38,881 nt of DNA from the IMG/VR virus record IMGVR_UViG_3300045988_103004, positions 1 to 38,881 of that record; one strand, given 5' to 3'. This DNA comes from a virus. The notes beneath the pieces were generated by a model. The model was given only the letters and a program-made list of their open reading frames with translations, had not been told where the DNA came from and made no database searches. Position numbers and translations under genes: made by a program. Shown piece by piece: positions 25,544 through 33,645 of the stretch (within the stretch, counting starts at the first letter, position 1; each line of letters begins with the position of its first letter).

Positions 25544-27216
25544 GCAATTGTAAAGGTGAAATCAATATTTTCAATTATATTAAATTTGAAATCAGACATA
25601 GAAACTTTCGTGCGTAAAAGTACAATCGTTGAGACGGTAGTATTACTGCGCACGAAAATGTCAGACCCTACTGATGAAGAGTAGGAGCCATTGAAAATAG
25701 GAAATTTAAAAGTAAATTCCAAACGGTCAGGATAAACTATTATACTTTCTAAAAATGTTGATATTAACATTTTACGATATTCTATATCAGATTTATCACC
25801 TTTAAGCGCCTTTAAAAAGGTGCTTTTTATTTGCTTTGTAGTAGGTAGTGGCTTATTACTTTGTGCTGCTTCAACTCGTGCTAATTCTTGATTTAGGCTT
25901 GCTTTTTTTGTTCTACAATCTTTTAAACGTTCTTCGTATTTTTCTTTACTAATTAAACCAGAAATATATGCATCAAGTAATTTGTCTTCTTGACTTTCTA
26001 ATTTTTGAATGCTCTTCTTAATAGATTTAACATCAAATAATTGTTCGCTTTGGCGTTTGCGTGCATCCTTTAATAAAGTAACAATGGAATCGATTATGCT
26101 GTCGCTAGAAATGCAACGCTCAATTAATTCTATGGTGTAGTCCTCAAGCGGTTCTTTTCTTAAAAATACATTATCACATATTTTTTTATAATCACGTACT
26201 GTACAAGCTTCTGTCTTTAAATGCCTTTTTGAGCATCGGTAAGAGTGGTATTCATATTTATAAATGCGCTCGCCTTTTCTGTTGTGACCAGTGCTCTTAG
26301 ATTTGTGGCCATAATAGTTTGAGCCACAGACTCCGCAAAAAATATAACCAGTTAATAAATAAGTTGTTTCTTTTTCTCTTGCTCTTACTTCACGAGTATG
26401 AGTCCACCATTCTTCTTGGTGCTTTTTCTTAATAGAAGAAGCCTGTTCAAACAATTCTTTACTTACAATAGCAGGACATCCATCTTCAATAGTGATGGGT
26501 GTTTTTGTTTTGTCCCTACTTCGTAGACCAAAAATATAAGTTCCTTTATACATAGGATTATCAAGCATACGAGAAATAGAGGTTGATGAAATAATTCTGC
26601 CTTGTCTATTTCTAACACCACGATCATATAAAGAGCGCGAAACTGATCCATAAGACTCACCAGAAGCAACACGTGAAAAGATTTCCTGAATAATTTTAGC
26701 TTCTTCAGGAATTATGACATACTTTTTATTTTCAACAGCATAGCCGTATGTGACATAACCACCACCTAAAAATTGGCATCTTTTAGCTGCTTCGTTTTTT
26801 CCTTTTAAAGTTTCACGTGATAAGTTTTTAGAATAATACTCAGCTAAGGCATCGTAAAGTGCCTCCATAATTCCAGCTTCTGGTGAATTATCCAAAGGCT
26901 CTAAAACAGAAATAATCCTAACCCCTGCATCACGTAATACTTTTTTATAAATAGTAGCATCGTATTTGTTTCTAGCAAAACGATCGAATTTATGAACTAT
27001 AAGGCATTCAAACTTTTTAGCTTTTGCATCGGTAATCATTTGCTGGAATTCTGCACGATCGTCAATAGTTCCAGAACGAGCTTCATCGGCATACGTAAAA
27101 GAAAGCGTATAGCCTTCACGCTCACAATAATTCTTTATAGCATTTAATTGGGCTTCAATTGAATAGCCATCTCTTTGACCTTCGGAAGAGTAACGAACAT
27201 AAGCTGCACAAATCAT
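25540..27216 (-). CDS. large serine recombinase (phage integrase)
   Basis: 558 aa; N-terminal resolvase catalytic domain 'AAYVRYSSEGQRDGYSIEAQ' (Ser nucleophile), large C-terminal recombinase/zinc-ribbon/coiled-coil region. Confidence 0.9.
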   Translation of the reverse strand: MICAAYVRYSSEGQRDGYSIEAQLNAIKNYCEREGYTLSFTYADEARSGTIDDRAEFQQMITDAKAKKFECLIVHKFDRFARNKYDATIYKKVLRDAGVRIISVLEPLDNSPEAGIMEALYDALAEYYSKNLSRETLKGKNEAAKRCQFLGGGYVTYGYAVENKKYVIIPEEAKIIQEIFSRVASGESYGSVSRSLYDRGVRNRQGRIISSTSISRMLDNPMYKGTYIFGLRSRDKTKTPITIEDGCPAIVSKELFEQASSIKKKHQEEWWTHTREVRAREKETTYLLTGYIFCGVCGSNYYGHKSKSTGHNRKGERIYKYEYHSYRCSKRHLKTEACTVRDYKKICDNVFLRKEPLEDYTIELIERCISSDSIIDSIVTLLKDARKRQSEQLFDVKSIKKSIQKLESQEDKLLDAYISGLISKEKYEERLKDCRTKKASLNQELARVEAAQSNKPLPTTKQIKSTFLKALKGDKSDIEYRKMLISTFLESIIVYPDRLEFTFKFPIFNGSYSSSVGSDIFVRSNTTVSTIVLLRTKVSMSDFKFNIIENIDFTFTIA

Positions 27217-27611
27217 TATTTACCACTTCCAAAATCTTGTTGAGCTTCTAAAAATTTTAAGTGATTATAAGCAATTTCAACATTAGCTGCCGTTAAGTTT
27301 AAAACCATTTTCATGCAAGCTAATCGTAAGTGCTTATCTTTATCACAGCTATTTGATTTCTCATATTCATTGAACATCGTCAATAATTTTTCTTCAAATG
27401 TATCTAATAAGTCAGCCTCAGTGTGATAAAGTAAAAAATCTATATCAACATGAAAATAATCGGCTAATTTTGATGCGTAGGTAACATTTAATTTACGTCT
27501 TCCGTTTTCTATTGCACTGATAATGGAAAAGTCAATTCCTACATCTTCAGCGAGCTCTCTAACAGTTAAACCACGGGATACACGTAAATTTTTTAATCTG
27601 TCATTTTTCAT
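27216..27611 (-). CDS. CI-like repressor, XRE-family HTH
   Basis: 131 aa; 'LRVSRGLTVRELAEDVGIDFSIISAIENGRRKLNVTYASKLADYF'; divergent from the early operon; stop overlaps the integrase start. Confidence 0.8.
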   Translation of the reverse strand: MKNDRLKNLRVSRGLTVRELAEDVGIDFSIISAIENGRRKLNVTYASKLADYFHVDIDFLLYHTEADLLDTFEEKLLTMFNEYEKSNSCDKDKHLRLACMKMVLNLTAANVEIAYNHLKFLEAQQDFGSGK

Positions 27612-27668
27612 AAATAGAACCTCTTTTCACTAATTTACAAACTAATTATACCCTAAAAACAAACAATT

Positions 27669-27772
27669 TAGTAGACAAAATAAAACACAAATTAAATAAA
27701 ATTAACTTTCTTGTTGACAAAAAAATCAACAAAAGTAATAATATAAGCAAGCAGTAGACAAAGCTGTACACA
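27669..27772. promoter_or_regulatory. early rightward promoter (TTGACA 27714..27719, 17-nt spacer, TAATAT 27737..27742) flanked by two copies of the operator-like motif GTAGACAAA-NNN-(G/A)(T/A)ACAC
   Basis: 'gtagacaaaataaaacac' at 27671..27688 and 'gtagacaaagctgtacac' at 27754..27771; also the inverted repeat TTGTTGA-n8-TCAACAA at 27711..27732. Confidence 0.55.
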
Positions 27773-27793
27773 AAATTTAGGAGGCTCACATTT

Positions 27794-28108
27794 ATGACTA
27801 AAGAAGAATTTTTATTAAGAAAGCAAGAACTAGCAGACAAGCTATTTGATTTAGCTAGAGGGTTTGAAGAACTAATGGATGAAGCTAGAAATAATTATGA
27901 AGAAGCTAATAACTTAGACGATGAAAATTACTGGGATGATATGCAATTTTCATTAGAAGACGTTGTTAATACTTTGGATGATACCTACTCCGATGTTGAT
28001 GAAGCTGAAGAAGAATCTAGTTCAAGCGATATTAGCGATGAGGATGTAAAAGAATTTGAAGATCTAATCGATGAATTAGAAAAGGAGGATTGCGATAATG
28101 ACATTTAA
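27794..28108 (+). CDS. very acidic small protein, first gene of the early operon (candidate DNA-mimic / anti-restriction protein)
   Basis: 104 aa; about 40% Asp+Glu ('EESSSSDISDEDVKEFEDLIDELEKEDCDNDI'); RBS ggagg. Confidence 0.45.
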   Translation: MTKEEFLLRKQELADKLFDLARGFEELMDEARNNYEEANNLDDENYWDDMQFSLEDVVNTLDDTYSDVDEAEEESSSSDISDEDVKEFEDLIDELEKEDCDNDI

Positions 28109-28391
28109 TGATTTAAACCAATTCAAAGTTATGTCATTAGAAGTTGCAGAACAAAGTGAAGAAGAAAACTTAGTATGGCTTTTAATTGAACCTAATAAGT
28201 CAAGTAAATGCTATATGGTCATTGATCCAGATGGCTTATTCAAAATGAAAAAATCAAAGTTTAAAAAGTTAATTAAATTAGTGAATAGTCCATTATGCAC
28301 AATTGTTGAACACAGTAACAAAGAGGCGATGGGAAAATTTAAAATCAATATTTCAAAAATACTTAATACGAAAGGTAGGACTTCAAAATGA
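28098..28391 (+). CDS. hypothetical early protein
   Basis: 97 aa; overlapping start and stop with its neighbours. Confidence 0.4.
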   Translation: MTFNDLNQFKVMSLEVAEQSEEENLVWLLIEPNKSSKCYMVIDPDGLFKMKKSKFKKLIKLVNSPLCTIVEHSNKEAMGKFKINISKILNTKGRTSK

Positions 28392-28783
28392 AATGCGCAA
28401 TTTGTGGAAAAGAAATAAAAGGTGTAGGACACAGTCCATCACCATTTAGAGGAACTCGCTGTTGCGATGAATGTAACAAGTACGTAATCATAGCAAGAGG
28501 ATTTTTATCAGGATTACAAACTAATATGATTATGATTTTAGGAACTGATAATTCTGTATCTTTTCAACTTAATAGAACTAAAGAAAATGTAACACTTAAA
28601 GAACTTCAAAAATGGGCTGGCGGATTTATAGAAATGTATCCATTAGAAGATGACAAATTTTATTACATAGTTGATGAAGAAGGGCTACTTAAAGAAAGGC
28701 CTTATAACGAATTAGCAAATGATTTATTCGGTATAGATGTAGTAGGTAACCTTCTAGTTGTTCCAAAGCAATTAATAAATTAG
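28388..28783 (+). CDS. Zn-ribbon (CxxC...CxxC) protein whose C-terminal domain resembles DUF3846-type phage/plasmid early proteins
   Basis: 'CAICGK...CCDECNK' followed by 'YIVDEEGLLKERPYNELANDLFGIDVVGNLLVV'; the DUF3846 assignment is from memory of the family profile and is not verified. Confidence 0.4.
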   Translation: MKCAICGKEIKGVGHSPSPFRGTRCCDECNKYVIIARGFLSGLQTNMIMILGTDNSVSFQLNRTKENVTLKELQKWAGGFIEMYPLEDDKFYYIVDEEGLLKERPYNELANDLFGIDVVGNLLVVPKQLIN

Positions 28784-28795
28784 GAGGCAATAAAA

Positions 28796-29008
28796 ATGCT
28801 AGATAGAATATGGTCAACTTTAATAATTGAGTGTGATCAGTGCGGTAATACAGAAGAAGCTGAAATAGATGATTACTGCGATTATTATGATTGCTTAGAC
28901 AGTTTTAAAAATGATGGATGGATTAATAGAAAAGTTGATGATGAATGGCATAACTTTTGTTGCGAAGAGTGTTATCAAAAATTCAAAGCTGAAAAGGATT
29001 TTAAATAA
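28796..29008 (+). CDS. small Cys-rich protein (two CxxC pairs)
   Basis: 70 aa; 'CDQCGN...CCEEC'. Confidence 0.4.
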   Translation: MLDRIWSTLIIECDQCGNTEEAEIDDYCDYYDCLDSFKNDGWINRKVDDEWHNFCCEECYQKFKAEKDFK

Positions 29009-29025
29009 GGAGGTAGTTATTAAAC

Positions 29026-29265
29026 ATGAATAATGAAGAAGAACCAATCTATAAGAAAGGTGAAATTGTAATTTATCAAAATGGCGATAGATATGAATTA
29101 GGTGAGGTTAAAGAAGTATGTAAAAACGAAAATGGTACTTATGATTACCGAGTCTGGTATCACATGGGTGATACATCAGCTCGAACACCATCAAGATGCT
29201 TGCATAAAATATCCAATTTATATGCATTTAGCATTAAAAGAAAGAGAGTAGACAACGATGAATAA
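29026..29265 (+). CDS. hypothetical early protein
   Basis: 79 aa; RBS aggagg. Confidence 0.4.
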   Translation: MNNEEEPIYKKGEIVIYQNGDRYELGEVKEVCKNENGTYDYRVWYHMGDTSARTPSRCLHKISNLYAFSIKRKRVDNDE

Positions 29266-29713
29266 AACTCATAATAGATTAAAAGCTTTAAGAGAATCAA
29301 ATGGTTTAACGCTAAGAAAACTTGAAGAATTTACGGGTATAACCAATTCAACATTAAGTGCAATAGAAAATGGTAATCGTCGTATGAACATAAGAGTTGC
29401 AACTAAGTTAGCTAAATACTTTAACGTTTCAATCGATTATTTAGTTGGATTAGAAAAATTATCAAAACAAAAAGAAATTAAGGATTGCAACTTTGATGAA
29501 CTGTTCCATAACCTATGCGAAACAAGAGGAGTTAATGGCTGCATAAATTGTCCATGGAAAATTTTAGAGATAAAAGTAACGGGACAAAAAGAAATTAATA
29601 CACTAAGTTGTTGCATTATTAATGCTTATGAAATGATGCATAAGACAATTGATATTGATGAAAGCAAAACTTATTTACCAGATAGCATTACATTGGATAA
29701 AAAAGAGAATTAA
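29258..29713 (+). CDS. XRE-family HTH regulator with a Cys-rich C-terminal extension
   Basis: 'LRESNGLTLRKLEEFTGITNSTLSAIENGNRRMNIRVATKLAKYF' HTH; C-terminal 'CNFDE...CETRGVNGCINCPW...SCCI'. Confidence 0.7.
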   Translation: MNKTHNRLKALRESNGLTLRKLEEFTGITNSTLSAIENGNRRMNIRVATKLAKYFNVSIDYLVGLEKLSKQKEIKDCNFDELFHNLCETRGVNGCINCPWKILEIKVTGQKEINTLSCCIINAYEMMHKTIDIDESKTYLPDSITLDKKEN

Positions 29714-29986
29714 GGTCCACTGAAGAGTATTTGAAAATTAATACGAAACCGCCATAGGCGGTCTGGACTCCAACTCCACGGGATGATACTTAGTCCGTTA
29801 GAACGTATCCGCTGGTCTTTTGTTTCTAGTGAGCGTAATGACAAGAAACAATGCAGCTGTGCATATCAGCAATTATGTCGCCTCTACAAGATACGCGAAC
29901 TCGCGAGCACTGTGTATCAAGTTTGAACAAATGTAGACAATACTCAACAAGGGCGACCTACAAATTTATTAGAAGGAGCAACATGC

Positions 29987-30418
29987 ATGGATATTAATCG
30001 AACCATTGAATATAAGTATTCTCATAACAGAGAAGTACTAGCCCACGATAAAAGAAAGGATTATGAATTCTATGTAATTTATATAGGAACACATCCATGT
30101 GCTTATGTTCTATTACCAGAAGGTCATCCGCTATCAAATGCAAAGGATTATGAGGATATAGCTAAATATATACATCCACATGGCGGCGTTAATTACTACG
30201 AAAAATGTTTAAAACTAGAAAATAGCGTAGACTTCTTAAGACATAAACCTGGAATTATAGGCTGGGATTACGGACACATAGGTGATTATGTAGCACACTC
30301 GCCAAGTAAAGAAGATAAAAGGTGGACGATTGTAGAAATCGTATTTGAATGCTGCAATATCATAGATCAATTAATTGAATTAGAAGGAGGTGATAAAGAT
30401 GTCAAGCACGGAAACTAA
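29987..30418 (+). CDS. hypothetical protein
   Basis: 143 aa; RBS aggagc. Confidence 0.4.
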   Translation: MDINRTIEYKYSHNREVLAHDKRKDYEFYVIYIGTHPCAYVLLPEGHPLSNAKDYEDIAKYIHPHGGVNYYEKCLKLENSVDFLRHKPGIIGWDYGHIGDYVAHSPSKEDKRWTIVEIVFECCNIIDQLIELEGGDKDVKHGN

Positions 30419-30608
30419 CATGATCAGAATTGATAAGATCAAAAGAGAGATGGGGGCTCACGACACAACTAAAAAAGCCTTAGCTGAAAAATTAGGGCTA
30501 AGCGAAATCTCTATCGCTCGAAAACTTAAGGGGGAAACTCAATGGACAGTTATCGAGCTTGAAGAACTAGCAAAAATTTATAAAAAAGAAAGGTTTTATT
30601 TTTTTTAA
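30390..30608 (+). CDS. small HTH DNA-binding protein (Cro/XRE-like)
   Basis: 'TKKALAEKLGLSEISIARKLKGE' helix-turn-helix; the probable start is the internal Met at 'MIRIDKI'. Confidence 0.45.
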   Translation: MIKMSSTETNMIRIDKIKREMGAHDTTKKALAEKLGLSEISIARKLKGETQWTVIELEELAKIYKKERFYFF

Positions 30609-30647
30609 TGTCTTGTAGACAAATTAGTACACAAAAATGGTGAACTT

Positions 30648-30794
30648 ATGGATAGTGAAGATATTATTAAAAATTTCACACCTAAGCAAAAACAAGCTAT
30701 GGACCAGTTTATCGATTTCATGCTGAAGAGGATGGAAGCAATAGACGAACAAGAAACCAAATTAGCTGAAGCAAAAAAGGTGGAAGAAAAATGA
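30648..30794 (+). CDS. small hypothetical protein (48 aa), not in the supplied ORF track
   Basis: ATG 30648 to TGA 30792..30794, forming an ATGA overlap with the next gene start at 30791; preceded by the third copy of the GTAGACAAA-NNN-GTACAC motif at 30615..30632. Confidence 0.4.
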   Translation: MDSEDIIKNFTPKQKQAMDQFIDFMLKRMEAIDEQETKLAEAKKVEEK

Positions 30795-31066
30795 AGACCT
30801 ACAACACACAGTACATGACTCAGGATGAGATAGAAAGAATGCAAATTACTGAAGAGTTAATGAAAATTTATCCTTACTCAGAATCCTGGTATCAGAAAAA
30901 ATCGCTAGCACAACTGATAGCCATGTACTACAAGCCAGTGCCAGCAAAAAAGAAAAAACCAGTAATCACAAAGCCAGAAAGAAAAGCTACTTATCGAATC
31001 AATGAAAAAACTGGCGATAAAGAAATTCTAACTGACGGAGGACACTGGGAACCATTCGATGATTAA
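30791..31066 (+). CDS. hypothetical protein
   Basis: 91 aa. Confidence 0.4.
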   Translation: MKTYNTQYMTQDEIERMQITEELMKIYPYSESWYQKKSLAQLIAMYYKPVPAKKKKPVITKPERKATYRINEKTGDKEILTDGGHWEPFDD

Positions 31067-31078
31067 GGAGGAAAAAAA

Positions 31079-31483
31079 ATGAAAATCGAATTAGAAATCT
31101 CATTAGAGAAAAACACACTTGATGTACTTAGCAAATTAGTCGGAGTACTACCTATTAAAGCTACTGCTGCTAAAAGTAACACAAAGGCAAAAACAGCCAC
31201 TGTAACAGCTTCTAGTGAAGTGGTTGAAGAATTAGCCAAGAAAGAAGTAAAAGCGCCTGTAGCACAAAAAGAAGAGCCAAAACAAACACCTGTAGAAGAA
31301 ACATCAGAAGATGAAACAACTTATACAGCTGATGATGTACGTACTGCACTTGCTGAAGCTAAACACCGTGTAGGTAGTTCAACTGGATGTCATGCAATTT
31401 TAGAAGAGTTTGGAGTTAAAAAAGTAAGTGACTTAAAACCTTCAGACTTTAAAGCTGTAATCGAAAAAGCAAAGGCATTATAG
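31079..31483 (+). CDS. hypothetical protein
   Basis: 134 aa; RBS aggagga. Confidence 0.4.
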   Translation: MKIELEISLEKNTLDVLSKLVGVLPIKATAAKSNTKAKTATVTASSEVVEELAKKEVKAPVAQKEEPKQTPVEETSEDETTYTADDVRTALAEAKHRVGSSTGCHAILEEFGVKKVSDLKPSDFKAVIEKAKAL

Positions 31484-31486
31484 GAA

Positions 31487-32236
31487 ATGCCTGAGGTACA
31501 CGCAAAACTCTCTGCTTCAGGGTCAAAGCGATGGATGAATTGTCCTAGAAGCGTAGCTCTTGAATCGTTATTTCCTGAACAATCAAGCGAATACGCTGAA
31601 GAAGGAACAAAGGCGCACTCTGCTGCAGAAACAATTTTAAATTTTTTAAGAAAAAACAAAACTGAAGAACTAAATAAATTTACGGAAGCATTAAAAAAAG
31701 AAAATCCAGAAATGCATTCCAACGTGATGACATACGTGGAGTTCGTAACTGAAAAATATCAACAAATGATACTTGATGGCGACACTCCTATGATGTTTAT
31801 CGAAGAGCGGGTTAATTTTTCAAAATATGTTCCTGATGGATTTGGGACAATTGACTGCCTACTGATAGGTAAGCGCCTGATTATAAATGATCTGAAATAT
31901 GGTAAAGGCGTACTTGTAGAGGCTGAAGATAACTCGCAATTAAGGTTATACGCTGTCGGTGCTTTAGAAGATTACGGGTGGATATATGAAGAAATTGAAG
32001 AAGTGGAAATGAATATAATCCAGCCAAGACTTCACAGCATATCAACTGAAATTATAACAACTAAAGCTCTGTTAAAGTGGGCTAAGGAAACTGCAAAAAA
32101 AGCAAAAATGGCAGATGAGAATAAAGGCTCATATTGTCCAGGTGCTGATCAGTGCAAATTCTGTAAAGCTAGAGCTTTATGCAAAGCACGTGCTAATCAC
32201 ATGCTAACCACTATTGCATCCATTTTAAGCAAATAA
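31487..32236 (+). CDS. PD-(D/E)XK (Cas4/RecB-like) nuclease with a C-terminal 4-Cys cluster
   Basis: 249 aa; 'GFGTIDCLLIGKRLIINDLKYGKGVLVEAEDNSQLRLYAVGA' (D...D/ExK core) and 'YCPGADQCKFCKARALCKA' (Fe-S-type Cys cluster). Confidence 0.65.
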   Translation: MPEVHAKLSASGSKRWMNCPRSVALESLFPEQSSEYAEEGTKAHSAAETILNFLRKNKTEELNKFTEALKKENPEMHSNVMTYVEFVTEKYQQMILDGDTPMMFIEERVNFSKYVPDGFGTIDCLLIGKRLIINDLKYGKGVLVEAEDNSQLRLYAVGALEDYGWIYEEIEEVEMNIIQPRLHSISTEIITTKALLKWAKETAKKAKMADENKGSYCPGADQCKFCKARALCKARANHMLTTIASILSK

Positions 32237-32250
32237 GGAGGTTCACACAA

Positions 32251-32694
32251 ATGGAAGAAATAAAAACACCGCTAATGGCGGATTTAAAAAGTCCTGATTT
32301 ATTAACTAAGGAACAATTAGAAGAATTATTACCCGAATTAGATGGAATTATTAGCTGGGCAAAGCAAGTCCAAGACTTCGCACTTAATCAAGCAATTAAA
32401 GGCGAAAAATTTAAAGGCTTTAAAGTAGTAGAAGGTCGTTCACTTAGAAAGTGGAAAGATGAAGAAAAGGTAGCTGATATTCTCGAAGCTGAAGGTTATG
32501 ATGCTTCATTAATTTATGAGAAGAAGCTAAAAGGAATCAGTGCTGTTGAATCTTTAATGGGTAAAAAAGACTTTGCAAAAGTATTAGGCTCATTAGTTGA
32601 TAAACCAGCAGGCAAGCCAACGCTAGTCCCTGAAAGTGATAAGAGACCAACTTATGATGCCACAGCTCAAGCAGTCGCAGACTTTAAAGATTAA
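32251..32694 (+). CDS. hypothetical replication/recombination-module protein
   Basis: 147 aa; strong RBS aaggagg. Confidence 0.4.
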   Translation: MEEIKTPLMADLKSPDLLTKEQLEELLPELDGIISWAKQVQDFALNQAIKGEKFKGFKVVEGRSLRKWKDEEKVADILEAEGYDASLIYEKKLKGISAVESLMGKKDFAKVLGSLVDKPAGKPTLVPESDKRPTYDATAQAVADFKD

Positions 32695-33055
32695 ATCGAG
32701 AAAATTAAAAGATGAACAATGGATCCTAGCATTTCCTGGTTATGCACTTTCAAACAAGGGACGCTGGTACAGTATGAGCCACAAAAGGATTATGAAACAA
32801 ACCCCTAATAGCAGTGGGTATAGCCGAGTGACCATATCACCAGGAAGAAAGCATATTTTGACCCATATAAAAGTGGTAGAGCTATTCGGTGATTGTAAAC
32901 ATAACAAAATACCAGAAGGAGCAACATCACTTAGGGAACTAGGATTATCAATTGACCACTTAGACTCGAATAGACGTAACCCTTCACAAGACAATTTAGA
33001 ACTAATTACTCACGTTGAAAATTGTCGAAGAAGAGAACAAAGAAAAAATAAATAG
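32636..33055 (+). CDS. HNH homing endonuclease-like (NUMOD4-like N-terminus plus HNH_3)
   Basis: 'EQWILAFPGYALSNKGRWYS' (NUMOD4-like), 'DHLDSNRRNPSQDNLELITHVENCR' (HNH); start uncertain, overlaps the upstream gene. Confidence 0.6.
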   Translation: MIRDQLMMPQLKQSQTLKIKSRKLKDEQWILAFPGYALSNKGRWYSMSHKRIMKQTPNSSGYSRVTISPGRKHILTHIKVVELFGDCKHNKIPEGATSLRELGLSIDHLDSNRRNPSQDNLELITHVENCRRREQRKNK

Positions 33056-33075
33056 CCAAATAGGAGGAATTAAAA

Positions 33076-33645
33076 ATGGCACAAAATCAAAATCCAAATA
33101 CAGCAACAAAAGTAGTAACAGGAAAGGTTCGCTTATCATACGTTCATGTAAATAAACCAGTAGCAATTAGCGATGGTTCTGATGAAAAATACAGTGTATC
33201 AATCATCATTCCTAAAACAGACAAAGAATTAATTAAAAAAATCAAAGCAGCTATTAATGCCGCAATTGAAAATGGTCGTGCTTCTAAGTTTGGAGGTAAA
33301 GTTCCAAATAACCTAAAGACACCTTTAAGAGATGGTGATGAAGATAGAGCAGATGATGAAGCTTATGCTAATAGTTATTTTATTAATGCAACAAGCTCAA
33401 CAAAGCCAGGAGTAGTTGATAGAAATTGTAATCCTATTCTTGATGCTGATGAAGTTTATAGCGGTTGCTATGGCCGTGTATCAATCAACTTCTTTGCATT
33501 TAACACAAATGGAAATAAAGGAATTGCTGCAGGACTTAATAACGTTCAAAAATTAGCTGATGGTGAACCTTTAGGTGGAAGACAATCACCTGAAGTAGAC
33601 TTCGGTGACGGCTTCGAATACGAAGACGACGATGAAGAATTCTAA
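33076..33645 (+). CDS. phage single-stranded DNA-binding protein (DUF2815-like) with an acidic C-terminal tail
   Basis: 189 aa; C-terminus 'DFGDGFEYEDDDEEF' is typical of an SSB tail; sits before the polymerase. Confidence 0.5.
   Translation: MAQNQNPNTATKVVTGKVRLSYVHVNKPVAISDGSDEKYSVSIIIPKTDKELIKKIKAAINAAIENGRASKFGGKVPNNLKTPLRDGDEDRADDEAYANSYFINATSSTKPGVVDRNCNPILDADEVYSGCYGRVSINFFAFNTNGNKGIAAGLNNVQKLADGEPLGGRQSPEVDFGDGFEYEDDDEEF

Noticed and set aside
25500-25560. attP site adjacent to the serine integrase
   Set aside because: The integrase is flanked by overlapping coding sequence on both sides and no convincing imperfect inverted repeat of about 40-50 bp around a central dinucleotide could be identified by eye; the attachment site remains unlocated.
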